Shown here: positions 1-9,489 of the stretch, piece after piece
Position numbering within the stretch: the first letter of the stretch is position 1
How the letters are laid out: each line of letters starts with the position of its first letter
Source of the DNA: a virus
Virus record (IMG/VR): IMGVR_UViG_3300037258_000279
Span: 1-64,000 of that record
Length of the DNA stretch: 64,000 bases
Strand: one strand, 5' to 3'
Made by a program: the position numbers and the translations under genes
Notes under the pieces: generated by a model
Seen by the model: the letters and a program-made list of their open reading frames with translations, nothing else
Database searches by the model: none
What the model was told of the DNA's origin: nothing

Positions 1-305
1 GAGGCTCCGACATGTCAATGCCGTGAGCCTCGGGCGCGAACGGCATGTCTTTGTTTGGTGCGGCGAAATGCGAATAGCCGCTGAATATGGCGCTCGCTTG
101 GGCTATCAATTCGGCTGCGGAACGCGCGTCGTTCTCGGTCGAGAAGTCCTGCGCAAATCTGTTATCGACGCACAGCCAAAACGTATCCCCTTCGCGCCAG
201 CCGGTGAGACGCGGCACGAATCGCCCTGAGACCAAGACACGCCATCGCTTGAATGGCCCGACGAGCAGATCGGGCGGCTTCGGTGTTTCGAGTGTCACGA
301 CATTG

Positions 306-509
306 TCAGCCATTTATGCAGTTCCTAACATCGAAATCAGTTGCGTCCTCGACAACGGTGTAGGCAAGTTTACGCGCGGGCTTGCCGTGGAGTTCATACT
401 TGACCGCAATCTCCCGTGCCTCGTCAGGATCGAACGCCTTAACACACATTCCAGCGTCAACACCTCGACGTTTAGTTTTCCAGCCAACGCGAACGCGATA
501 GTAGGCCAT
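306..509 (-). CDS. hypothetical phage protein
   Basis: 67-aa ORF co-oriented with the leftward run. Confidence 0.4.
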   Translation of the reverse strand: MAYYRVRVGWKTKRRGVDAGMCVKAFDPDEAREIAVKYELHGKPARKLAYTVVEDATDFDVRNCING

Positions 510-606
510 CGGTGATCAGCCTTTCTGGGTGGCTCGGCGCGGTGCCTTGGGTTTGCCGATTTCATAGACCGTTACTCCATCGCGCGCGTGCCCCTCGTTA
601 GGTCCG

Positions 607-888
607 TCATTGGAGTATCGCGGCCGTACCCGCAGGTGTACGACACCAACAGACCGGCTTCTGATCATCGAGCGTTCGGACATAGCCGCGATCCTGCAAG
701 GCTAGCAATGTGCGGCGAACCGATTTACTAAAGATTCTGTTTCTGGTTGGTCCGGCAAAAGAGCGCGGCAGACATTTAGCAATGCGTCCTGTCGTAAAAC
801 CGCCCTGTTCATCAAGCGCACCAAGCACATCCTTCTGCAACTTGGTGAGAGGATGATCTGTCGTGTCCCTCGTGAGGTCGCCGGTCAT
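607..888 (-). CDS. winged-helix-like DNA-binding protein
   Basis: 93 aa, LTKLQKDVL..TTGRIAK..VRRTLLALQDRGYV pattern; 4-nt overlap with upstream gene. Confidence 0.6.
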   Translation of the reverse strand: MTGDLTRDTTDHPLTKLQKDVLGALDEQGGFTTGRIAKCLPRSFAGPTRNRIFSKSVRRTLLALQDRGYVRTLDDQKPVCWCRTPAGTAAILQ

Positions 889-1118
889 GCGCGGGCCTTT
901 TCTTTGAAATGTGCCACGGCTTCCGTCTTCACATCGTCAAGTGCGACACCGTGCCGCCCGGCCGTGTTGATGCCGTCGCCGTACCAGAACCATCCGCCGC
1001 CGCGATGCTCTTGAGCGTGCGCGAGTTCCTTCCCGCCAAAGTACAGCGTGTAGGAGTTTGCGTTTCGGTGCAGACCATCGTATAGCGGGTTGTGCCGCCA
1101 TGAATATCGTCCGCTCAT
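885..1118 (-). CDS. hypothetical phage protein
   Basis: 77 aa, ATGA overlaps at both ends. Confidence 0.65.
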   Translation of the reverse strand: MSGRYSWRHNPLYDGLHRNANSYTLYFGGKELAHAQEHRGGGWFWYGDGINTAGRHGVALDDVKTEAVAHFKEKARA

Positions 1119-1846
1119 GCGGCTAACGCAGGCGGGAAATTCTTGTGCTCAACGCCATCGACCAAACAGCCCGCATCCTTGCCGCGAACGCCGCCGTTCT
1201 GCTTGTGATGGAACGTGACACCATTTCGCGCGCACTGGTCGCGCATGAAGCGCACAGCATCCATATCGAGCGGCCTAAATTCCGCGCCGCTTTCCCCGCC
1301 CGTAATGATCCAGTCTGGGCGCGCTCCGCCGATGTCGATTCGACCCAGCAGCGGCTCGGCTGAAACGCCATGCCACGCCGCAGGGACGCGCATCAGTTTA
1401 CGGCAATCGCGATCCCATTCCTCCTGATTGGCAAGCGTCGCCATCAGTCCGGCGTTGGCGAAAGGCCAGTCGGCTGGCAGCATTGTCGTCGCGTTTCCGA
1501 TGCGCTTGGTCAGCAATATCCAGCGCAGATTCGATGTTTCGCGCAAAAGCTGCCAAAGGTCATCGCGCCACGATTGCTCAACCTCGTTATCGAAGATATC
1601 GGCGAGCGAGGCGCAAAAGACGCGCGGCTTGTAGCCGGTAAATTCGGCTTTGCGATTCCAACGTAGAGGATCGCCCCACGTCTTTGTCCGGCGGCGCGGC
1701 ACGCCCGTACCCCAACCAGCAACCCATTTTCTCCGCTCGTTGTCGCGAGCCGCATAGCAATGGTCACACGCGGGCGATATGCGCGTGCACCCGATCCATG
1801 GATTGAACGTCGCGTCCGTCCACGAAATCGCAGATTGTTCAGCCAT
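1115..1846 (-). CDS. DUF5131 / phage Gp37-Gp68 family protein
   Basis: ISWTDATFNPWIGCTRISPACDHCYA, SLADIF, LLTKR, SAEPLL, WIITGGESG, HKQ motifs. Confidence 0.92.
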   Translation of the reverse strand: MAEQSAISWTDATFNPWIGCTRISPACDHCYAARDNERRKWVAGWGTGVPRRRTKTWGDPLRWNRKAEFTGYKPRVFCASLADIFDNEVEQSWRDDLWQLLRETSNLRWILLTKRIGNATTMLPADWPFANAGLMATLANQEEWDRDCRKLMRVPAAWHGVSAEPLLGRIDIGGARPDWIITGGESGAEFRPLDMDAVRFMRDQCARNGVTFHHKQNGGVRGKDAGCLVDGVEHKNFPPALAA

Positions 1847-1929
1847 TTACCTTCTCCCTCCGCAGGCTCTCGGGTATCGGCTGCATGGCGCCGTGCGGGT
1901 CGTAGATAACGAAGACGCGGCTCATGCGG

Positions 1930-2568
1930 TCAGGGTCGAATCTCTGTGCCCATGTCGATGCCGAGCAAAAACAACTCACGCTTCAGAGTGTAGCACTCGT
2001 GCTCCATCGCCCGTAGGATTAGCGCGTTTGTTTCGCGCGACACCCTGGCGTCGTAGTTACCAACCGTAATCCTCATGTCGCCCTTCCAATCGGCAAGGCC
2101 CGACAAGAATTTCATGACCTGAAAATACCGCTCGCGCAGTTCGATCGCGTGCTCGAGCTGCGATGGCTGCATCAGGAGCGGCAGCGCCGCGGCCGGCGAT
2201 GCCGGTACGTCTACGTCGCTTTCCGTTGTGGGGCGCAGGCTAGCCTCGCGAATAGCAAATCGTACGTAGCCGCTGTAGATCATGGCGTTGCCGTCGCCAT
2301 GCAATGCCAAGCTGTCTGCCTCGGGGGGAGTATGAACGTGTATTTCGATTAATCCGGAGCGACGGTTTTGGTGCCAGGTCATCCAATGGGCACAGGTCAT
2401 ACATGTTGCCGTGTCAGGTCCGGTCAACTTGATGGCGAACCAGTGCCAGCCTTGGGTAGTGGAATGTGAGTCGTTGGAAGGCACGTCGTGCCGGATATAA
2501 CTGACCGTGCAATCGTTGGCCTTGGCAATCTCGTAGATGAGGTTGTCGACAGCCTTGTCTTCGATCAT
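1930..2568 (-). CDS. hypothetical protein
   Basis: 212-aa ORF in the leftward run. Confidence 0.6.
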   Translation of the reverse strand: MIEDKAVDNLIYEIAKANDCTVSYIRHDVPSNDSHSTTQGWHWFAIKLTGPDTATCMTCAHWMTWHQNRRSGLIEIHVHTPPEADSLALHGDGNAMIYSGYVRFAIREASLRPTTESDVDVPASPAAALPLLMQPSQLEHAIELRERYFQVMKFLSGLADWKGDMRITVGNYDARVSRETNALILRAMEHECYTLKRELFLLGIDMGTEIRP

Positions 2569-2572
2569 GGGG

Positions 2573-2743
2573 TCAGGTCCAGTCCTGTTGGCGGCGTAAT
2601 TCTTTCAATTCGGCTTCGCCGTCGACGATCTGACGCGCCGCTCGGTGCATGATAGGGCGAAGGTCGCGCCATGAAACTCGCTGACCCGGTCGATAGATTT
2701 TCATGCGCTCGATGGCAGAGGCGCATTCCTCGTCTTCGCTCAT
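2573..2743 (-). CDS. hypothetical protein
   Basis: start reassigned to MSEDEECA after GGAGGAAGG; overlaps upstream stop. Confidence 0.55.
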   Translation of the reverse strand: MSEDEECASAIERMKIYRPGQRVSWRDLRPIMHRAARQIVDGEAELKELRRQQDWT

Positions 2744-2970
2744 GCCTTCCTCCGGCGCTTTGGTACGGGCCGCGTCACAACGGCGTCCATCCACCGTTCC
2801 AGATCTGTGATGAATGATGCTTTTGCCAGGTGCGGCAGATTTGTTGTCATTGGCCCCATCTGCACCCATACCCGTTTGCCGCTGAAGTTGGCGAAGCCTC
2901 CTGCGTGGTTCGAATCGACGCGCCACATGCCAGAATCAGGGAAATATTCAATCGTTGCCTCGAATTTCAT
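2740..2970 (-). CDS. hypothetical protein
   Basis: start reassigned to MKFEATIE. Confidence 0.55.
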   Translation of the reverse strand: MKFEATIEYFPDSGMWRVDSNHAGGFANFSGKRVWVQMGPMTTNLPHLAKASFITDLERWMDAVVTRPVPKRRRKA

Positions 2971-3046
2971 TTCGTATCCCCATCTAACTCGGACGTGCTG
3001 GCGGCAAGCGCGAGCAGGATCAAGCCCCAGTAGAGCGTGTGTCGCT

Positions 3047-3379
3047 TCACGGCGCATCTCCCGCGCGGCGGAAGCCATGTCGCGCGGCGATCTCGGCGTA
3101 GCGGTCCGCGCCCGGCAGCGGCGGCGTCAAGAGGTCGGCGCGCCCGATCGCGACCATCGCTCGGTTCTGCCCGGCGACGTAGCCCGCCGCATAGGCCATG
3201 GCCTGCTTAACGTCGCAAATGCTCCCCGCTATCGCGACCAAGTCGCGCGGCACGCGCTCGACGATAGCCGGCTTGACGGCCAGCACCGCCGCCAGGGCGA
3301 GGGCGGTCCCGATGTTGGTCGCGGCGAGCGCAATCACGAGCCCGACCGGGAAGCGGCGGGGACCGAGGAGGTAGATCAT
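3047..3379 (-). CDS. hypothetical membrane protein
   Basis: start MIYLLG after GAGGAGG; hydrophobic N-terminus. Confidence 0.55.
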   Translation of the reverse strand: MIYLLGPRRFPVGLVIALAATNIGTALALAAVLAVKPAIVERVPRDLVAIAGSICDVKQAMAYAAGYVAGQNRAMVAIGRADLLTPPLPGADRYAEIAARHGFRRAGDAP

Positions 3380-3528
3380 GCGCTCTTCCTCCTCGTGCGG
3401 TGCTCGTCCACGATGCGCCGCACCATCTCCGACACGGTAATCCCGAGCCGACGTGCTTCCCGCTTGAGATAGATCGCCGCCGGATCGCTGAACGACACGG
3501 ACTGCCGCCGGTCTTTGGGCTTCGACAT
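3376..3528 (-). CDS. CopG-like ribbon-helix-helix protein (50 aa, not in ORF track)
   Basis: MSKPKDRRQSVSFSDPAAIYLKREARRLGITVSEMVRRIVDEHRTRRKSA; translationally coupled on both sides. Confidence 0.75.
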   Translation of the reverse strand: MSKPKDRRQSVSFSDPAAIYLKREARRLGITVSEMVRRIVDEHRTRRKSA

Positions 3529-3992
3529 CAGAGCCCGTGGCTCGCCAATAGCATTGCCAGCGCCTCCATGTCCTTACGGAAGGCACGGGGGTCCAAAATA
3601 TAGTCGGTAATCGCGACGATCGATTTAATCCAGCGGGGCTTCTTCATATCCATGTACATGAGCCCTTCTCGTATTCTACCTAACCGAAGACAGTCTAGGG
3701 CCAAAAGTTTGGACCAATGATGGTATGGCAGTTCAAAGGGCGTTGTGCGTGTATTGATCCGCGTCCTGAACGTCTTAGCCATCACCGCGCCGGCGAAACA
3801 GACGGCGCACTTTTTGCCGTATGGAAAATGGTAGTTATTCATATCCACGGCGTACCGCTTGTCCTTCTCTACGAGCGCAAGGTCGCGCAACGCTAAGAGA
3901 ATCAGCGCCGAAGGCTTATCCGGCAGCGTGACGACGGGCTTTGCCACCTTCTTCCGGGGTTGGGCGATCTTCCGTTTAGTTCTCGTGGCCAA
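3528..3992 (-). CDS. hypothetical phage protein
   Basis: 154 aa, LPDKPSALI..CAVCFAGAVM; GAGGTGA RBS. Confidence 0.7.
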   Translation of the reverse strand: MATRTKRKIAQPRKKVAKPVVTLPDKPSALILLALRDLALVEKDKRYAVDMNNYHFPYGKKCAVCFAGAVMAKTFRTRINTRTTPFELPYHHWSKLLALDCLRLGRIREGLMYMDMKKPRWIKSIVAITDYILDPRAFRKDMEALAMLLASHGL

Positions 3993-4061
3993 AGGCTCAC
4001 CTCGCGTCTATCCGATGTGCGACGCTACACCACTTTCGCACATGGCGGCAAGAGCGATGGG

Positions 4062-4253
4062 TTAGGCCGTTGTCGCGGCGCGCTCGGCCTTGACCATGCG
4101 CCAGGCACGCGCGACCCAGCCGTTGACCTGGTTCTTCGTGATCGGGTGCGTCTTGGTCGACACCATCCCGGCGATTTCCGTGTGGCTGTAGCCGATCAGC
4201 TTCAGCTCATGGGCGCGCCGGACTTGATCCTGGGTGAAGCGCGCTGGGCTCAT
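4062..4253 (-). CDS. small HTH protein
   Basis: start MSPARFTQ; GYSHTEIAGMV..ITKNQVNGWV. Confidence 0.6.
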   Translation of the reverse strand: MSPARFTQDQVRRAHELKLIGYSHTEIAGMVSTKTHPITKNQVNGWVARAWRMVKAERAATTA

Positions 4254-6400
4254 GTATTTCTCCGTTGTGCTGCTCGACCGACAGCGGCAAACGCGGCACC
4301 GCCCTTGGGCATGGGGATCGGCTTCAAGCCACGTTCTTCGAGCTGTTTGTTCAGGTAGACGTATAGTTTGGGCGTTGTCGTGCGCCAGCCATCGAGCAGC
4401 CAGTCGTCCTTCTTGGCATTCACCGGGCGCCACAGAACCCGCCCCATATCCTTCGCCGCCTGCACAATAGGCGCATGCACGCCCCAATCGATCTCGGTGG
4501 TGACACCGTGCTTCTTGATGTAGGCCGCTATCGCCGCAGCTTCCGCGTCTGGCTGGGACTTCACATGCGCAGGCGCCGGTGAATCGGCCCCGTTGGCTTT
4601 GACGAGTAGCGCGGGATTGCCGCGCAACTGCTTCGCCGCAGGGGCCGACGCGTTATCCTCGGATCGGTATACGGTCCTATGGTGCACCTCCTTTCCTTTG
4701 ACTGGTTCGGGTTTCGGCAGTGCCGGGATCGGCGGCTGGCCGTATGGCCTGAGCCCGCCAACGTCGGCCGTGAGCTTGCGCTGGTGAATGAGCCGGTCGA
4801 TGATCGGAACCGTCTCGGCTAGGGCGAAGCCGCACAACTTAGCGATATGTGCGTAGGTCGGCCGATCCTGGATACGGTACATCTCGGCGACGGCGTGGAG
4901 AACGCGGCTCTCGCCGGCGCCGCCGGGAGAAAGCTCGCTGCGCGCACTGTCAAGTGAGGTGTCAAGTGAGGTGGCGATAGCCGTCCCTGTTTTGACCAGC
5001 CTGATCCCGCCGCGCTCAGTCAGCTCGGCCGCATGCTCCTTGCCGGGCTTCAGGACGGTGATCTTGCCGCGCTCGGCCAGCGCGCGGATGCATGGCGCGA
5101 CGCTGCCCGCCGGAATGTTCATCACGTCGGCAACGGCCGGATAACTGATCTTCCAGCCCTTGCCGTCGAGCCACTGGATGGCGCGGTAGCAAGCGTCGAG
5201 CCGCTGTTCAAACTCAGCGGGGGTCATCGGATCGTGCGTGTTGCCGGGCCGTGCTGGCGGCGGTGCTTCTGGTTCCGGCTCGGCTTCTTCCTCGGCTTCG
5301 TGCGCCGGCGCAGACTCGCCAGCCAAGCGAATACCGCCAAGCCCGTCGCGCGCCGCGTTGCCGTTGAAGGTGATGACTTTGCCCTGGGCTTTGAGAATCG
5401 CCAGCGCCTCCGAGACATAGTGGGTCTTCAGCCCGGTTTGTTCGACCAGCGCCACGACGGAGATCTTGAGCCCGAGCGTCGTCATTTTCTCGATGGCCGA
5501 CAACACTGCGTCAGCACTTTGTTGTGCGCTAGCGACCGGCGGTTTCGTTCTGGTATAGAGCGTCGTCGCCGAGCCCGAGAGTTTGATCCCGCCGAACGGG
5601 CCGTCCTTCACGACTTCGATGTGACCCTGCTTCACCAGTTCGTGCAGCACCGGATCAAGTGGCGTCGGCGAGTGGTAGCCCATCTCTATCGCAAGAAGGC
5701 TGCGCGTGAGACGCACCTGGCGCTGGTCGAAGTCGCGCACAATCGCCAGCACGCGTTCCTCACGGTCGTGCCGCTCCTTCTCGGAGAGAATTAAACGCCC
5801 GGGCTTGCGTCCGGCGCCCGGCCGCTTACCGCCTTGCCCGTTTCCCTGGTTTTCCGGGCTTTCTTCCGGCAAGATCGACAAGGACGGCGCAGGAGAGGCC
5901 GGTTCACTCTCGGCCATTGGGGTAGCGGCACCCCCCTGACTTGCTCGCTGTGGAGCGTCTGTGTCGCTCGGTTTTCCGGTTTCCGGTGCGTCATTGGTGT
6001 TTTCCGGGGGAATTTGGTTTTCGACCGCCGTAATTGTTATCGGGCGGTTGTGCTCCGGTAAAGCCGTCAGCTCGGGCGGATTACGAAGCGCGCGGGTGAC
6101 TGTGTGCAGGGCCGAGCTTTCCGGGATAGCGGGAATATTCGGTGCTGTCTTTTCGTAGCGTGGGCCGTCACCAGCCCAATCTTCGATGAAGGTGTTCTCC
6201 ATCTCCGCATAGTCCTCGGCGCGGTCGCGTTGTGGGAACGTCGCGATGCGCTGCCAGACGGTGGGCGTGTCTCTCCGCTCGACCACGACGTGGTGCGTCG
6301 TCTCGTTCTCGGTCAGTGCGATATAACGGTGCGTGGGGTTGGGTGCTGTCATTTCCCGAACCAACCCGCGAACCAACCGACAGCGATCCTTCCCAACCAC
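4250..6400 (-). CDS. large protein with several winged-helix-like domains
   Basis: 716 aa; about four segments ending in L..L...G.I/L; true start may be MTAPNP. Confidence 0.7.
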   Translation of the reverse strand: MVGKDRCRLVRGLVREMTAPNPTHRYIALTENETTHHVVVERRDTPTVWQRIATFPQRDRAEDYAEMENTFIEDWAGDGPRYEKTAPNIPAIPESSALHTVTRALRNPPELTALPEHNRPITITAVENQIPPENTNDAPETGKPSDTDAPQRASQGGAATPMAESEPASPAPSLSILPEESPENQGNGQGGKRPGAGRKPGRLILSEKERHDREERVLAIVRDFDQRQVRLTRSLLAIEMGYHSPTPLDPVLHELVKQGHIEVVKDGPFGGIKLSGSATTLYTRTKPPVASAQQSADAVLSAIEKMTTLGLKISVVALVEQTGLKTHYVSEALAILKAQGKVITFNGNAARDGLGGIRLAGESAPAHEAEEEAEPEPEAPPPARPGNTHDPMTPAEFEQRLDACYRAIQWLDGKGWKISYPAVADVMNIPAGSVAPCIRALAERGKITVLKPGKEHAAELTERGGIRLVKTGTAIATSLDTSLDSARSELSPGGAGESRVLHAVAEMYRIQDRPTYAHIAKLCGFALAETVPIIDRLIHQRKLTADVGGLRPYGQPPIPALPKPEPVKGKEVHHRTVYRSEDNASAPAAKQLRGNPALLVKANGADSPAPAHVKSQPDAEAAAIAAYIKKHGVTTEIDWGVHAPIVQAAKDMGRVLWRPVNAKKDDWLLDGWRTTTPKLYVYLNKQLEERGLKPIPMPKGGAAFAAVGRAAQRRNT

Positions 6401-6609
6401 AGCGGATCAATCGTGCGGTAATGCGCCCGCCGCTCCTTGGCGAGCGCGATCTTCATCTCCATGAGATTGCCGCTCGCCTGTGCCGCGCGGAAATCGCGGA
6501 CAGCAGGCATGAACTCCCCGATGTGCACATACGCCGCCCGTCCTGCCACCTGGGCGACGAATACGAGAATCACCAACTCGGTCAATCCCAAGATCTCAAC
6601 CCAAGTCAT
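6349..6609 (-). CDS. hypothetical membrane protein
   Basis: 86 aa with hydrophobic ends. Confidence 0.5.
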   Translation of the reverse strand: MTWVEILGLTELVILVFVAQVAGRAAYVHIGEFMPAVRDFRAAQASGNLMEMKIALAKERRAHYRTIDPLWLGRIAVGWFAGWFGK

Positions 6610-7420
6610 CGCTGTTTTCCCGGTTTACCTGCTTTTCCCCCTGCGCGATTGGGTGATGCCGAAGCACCTAGGCAAACCTGGGCTCGCCGGTCGTCATGCT
6701 CGGAAACGCCAGGTAGTCGCGAGTTTGTCCGCGCCGCGCCCCAACATCACCCACCAACGACGCTACCACACCGGCACGATGCCCGCCAGCGCCACGAGGA
6801 TGCTCCCTGGCGCCCAAGTCACCGGTTTCGCACCCACGATGAGCGAGAGACGAGAGACGGCCCTCCCTGCGGCTTGTTCGCGCCTGTGCCCCAAATAGAA
6901 CAGCGAACACTGAAATCAAACATGTTCTATTTTAATGTTCGATTTGGCTGGGCGATGGCGTCGGCGCCGGAGATTAGGGGAAAAATCGAAAATCCCCTTA
7001 AATTTCAATGGGGCGTCGGCGGCGCGCCGGGGGGGTCGCGCGGCCGCATCTCGAACTTATGCATCTTCGCCCTGTTCGATGTGCCGTGTTGCGAGGTATG
7101 CGCGGACATGCCGTTCGGGTTGGGTCCGACTCTGCCTTCACGGTGTGGGCGGCTGCCTTTGCCCTATGTATGGAAGCGTTGGCGGAATACCATGGGTTGT
7201 GTCTATGCTGTACGAGTCTATGCAGGACTCAGTATTTCATACCATCCCATCATCTCACGGAGTGACCTATACCTTCCTCACTTCACTACAGGGTTTGGTA
7301 TCTAGGTTTTACAATGGGTTATGGTTAGAGAACGCTATATTTTCTTCAATGGTTGACCAAACACGGGCAGTGCGCTAGATCATTTGGCCTGAAACACGCT
7401 GAAAAACCGAGGAATATCTC

Positions 7421-7900
7421 TTGTCTGTGCCGGACGACAAAAACGAGCAAAAACCCTTCGATCTCTCGGCACTTCCGATGCCTCCAGTGCGTCCTGATCT
7501 GGTGCTCCGCAAGACCCTCGGATACGCTTTTGAGGCTGAGGATTTCTTCGGCGCTCCTGAATTTAATTGGGAGACACCATTCGCAGGGTTTATGGGGATG
7601 CGGCTCATAATCGCAAGTTGGGCGCGCATTCCAGCAGGGAGTTTACCGAACGATTTGAGGGCGTTACACCGCCTAGCGCGCTATGGAACGTTCAAGAAGT
7701 TCGCCAAGGCAAGAGACGACATCCTGCGAGGATGGACACTGCATTCCGATGGATTGCTCTATCACCGGCTGGTGACGATCCAAGCCCAACGCGCCCAACA
7801 GGCAATCGATCGGATACAGGCCCGCTATCGCAAGTCGCCATACCCTCCGAATATCCACCGCGCCAGTGGCGGCGATCCCGCAGATAACGTCGAGTTTTGA
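7421..7900 (+). CDS. DUF1376/YdaU-like phage protein
   Basis: SWARIPAGSLPND..L..LA and GWTLHSDGLLYHRLV. Confidence 0.7.
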   Translation: MSVPDDKNEQKPFDLSALPMPPVRPDLVLRKTLGYAFEAEDFFGAPEFNWETPFAGFMGMRLIIASWARIPAGSLPNDLRALHRLARYGTFKKFAKARDDILRGWTLHSDGLLYHRLVTIQAQRAQQAIDRIQARYRKSPYPPNIHRASGGDPADNVEF

Positions 7901-7913
7901 AGGACTTGAGACA

Positions 7914-8300
7914 ATGAAGCTCCCGCTCCCCCAACAGCCCGAGACGGCGCCGGCCGATCTCGATCTGCACCGCGCGCGCCGCGCCATCGAGCAGCGCCTG
8001 GGCCTGCCACGGGATCAGTACGGCATCCCTGGGCTCTTGATCCAAGCTGCCTTGGCGAACTGGCAAATCGGGGGCTATTTGCAGACGCGCACCCTCTCAA
8101 ACCGGGCAGAAATCGTGTCGGATTTCATTATGGTTTCGCAGTTTCTCACCAGCAGCCAAGCCCATGAAAGGCTTGAGAATTTCATTGCGCGCGCGCGTCT
8201 CTCCCAAATCGACCCGGACGAATCGGCATCGAATTTAGACGCAAATATGCGTCCCGTGCATCAAGCCGACCCGAAAAAGCGCGCTGGCGGACCGGATTAA
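7914..8300 (+). CDS. hypothetical protein
   Basis: start MKLPLP. Confidence 0.55.
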   Translation: MKLPLPQQPETAPADLDLHRARRAIEQRLGLPRDQYGIPGLLIQAALANWQIGGYLQTRTLSNRAEIVSDFIMVSQFLTSSQAHERLENFIARARLSQIDPDESASNLDANMRPVHQADPKKRAGGPD

Positions 8301-8447
8301 CGCCGGAAAATACCGGCTTTTATCCTTCAGGATCGGCGGCGCGCGGCCCCACACCAGGGGACAAACCCCCAACCGAATACCCGGCCCCAGAGAAACCCCG
8401 CGCCGCGTCTCAGACCTAATCCACGTAACTTTTATCCAACAATACCC

Positions 8448-8476
8448 TTGCGGTAATCATCCGACGCGCTTATCTT
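8448..8476 (+). promoter_or_regulatory. putative sigma70-type early promoter
   Basis: TTGCGG-17 nt-TATCTT upstream of a rightward run of small genes. Confidence 0.55.
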
Positions 8477-8524
8477 GTGGATGATAGACCCGGAATCCTT
8501 CCGGGAATAGGCAGGGGATTATCC

Positions 8525-8803
8525 ATGTTCGACCACAACAAACAGTTTGTTATCTTCAGGGAAAAGCTCGAAACCGCAGGCGTCACCATGCGAGTCCTGT
8601 GGACTGCCAAGCGCGGCATTACGGGGAAAACCCCAGACATCGCCTTTGTCTCATTCGTGGGAAATGAGTCTCCCCCTCACGTTAGCACCGCCGTTATCAT
8701 CGACTACGGCGAGCGCGATGGCTTTGGGCTATTCGTGAACGAGACGAGTCACACTATAGACGACTCGGTTTCGGCCATCGTCGGAAAGCAAAACCGCCAA
8801 TAA
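8525..8803 (+). CDS. hypothetical early protein
   Basis: start MFDHNK after AGGGG. Confidence 0.65.
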   Translation: MFDHNKQFVIFREKLETAGVTMRVLWTAKRGITGKTPDIAFVSFVGNESPPHVSTAVIIDYGERDGFGLFVNETSHTIDDSVSAIVGKQNRQ

Positions 8804-8860
8804 CCTCCCTTTTCGACGCGTTTCCCCGCTAGACCCACAAACCCGGAAAACGAGGAAAAC

Positions 8861-9121
8861 ATGACCCTTAACCAAGCCAAGCATCAACTCCGTGCGCTCG
8901 GGATTACCCTGCGCTCCATGCCGGAATATGGCGAATACCGGGTGAACTTCGCCAACGGCAACGAGGCAACCGCCTGTTACGAAACCGATCTGCAAGCCGC
9001 CGTGGATACCGGCATTGCCATGTCGAAGGAAGCTCACCCCGCCGATCTGCGCAGCACCTACGGCGAAGACATGCGGCGCGGCGAACTATCCGACGATCTC
9101 GGGGAAAGCCCGGATTACTGA
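8861..9121 (+). CDS. hypothetical early protein
   Basis: 86 aa, GAGG RBS. Confidence 0.7.
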   Translation: MTLNQAKHQLRALGITLRSMPEYGEYRVNFANGNEATACYETDLQAAVDTGIAMSKEAHPADLRSTYGEDMRRGELSDDLGESPDY

Positions 9122-9227
9122 ACTCTCATTAAACAACGTCCCTTCCGGCCCGTGTGCGTGATCGCAGCGGGCTTGAAGGCGTAGGGAAGCCATCTTGGCG
9201 CGACCCACAAAACACGGAGAACCCACC

Positions 9228-9416
9228 ATGCAGATGACCTACGAGAACGGCGAAATCGTAATCCGCATCCCCGCGAACGACGACGCGATCTTGAACGCGC
9301 CACTGTCCAAGTCCGGAAAGTCGCACATGATCGGCTCGACCAACAACGTCTTCGCCAAGGTCGCGGGGGCGCCCGAAGGGATCAGCGTCAAATTGTTCGC
9401 CATCGCCAAGGCGTAA
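9228..9416 (+). CDS. hypothetical early protein
   Basis: start MQMTYE after GGAG; APLSKSGKSHMIGST motif. Confidence 0.7.
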   Translation: MQMTYENGEIVIRIPANDDAILNAPLSKSGKSHMIGSTNNVFAKVAGAPEGISVKLFAIAKA

Positions 9417-9477
9417 GGACGAAACGCGGGGCGCCCCATACCCCGCGTATGCCGACCAGGTCGGCACTGACGAGTCC
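9417..9477 (+). ncRNA. type II hammerhead ribozyme
   Basis: GGAC-GAAAC-GCGGGG/CCCCGC-GUA-UGCCGAC/GUCGGCA-CUGACGA-GUCC: complete core and three stems; predicted cleavage after 9449. Confidence 0.93.
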
Positions 9478-9489
9478 ACGGAGGATTGC

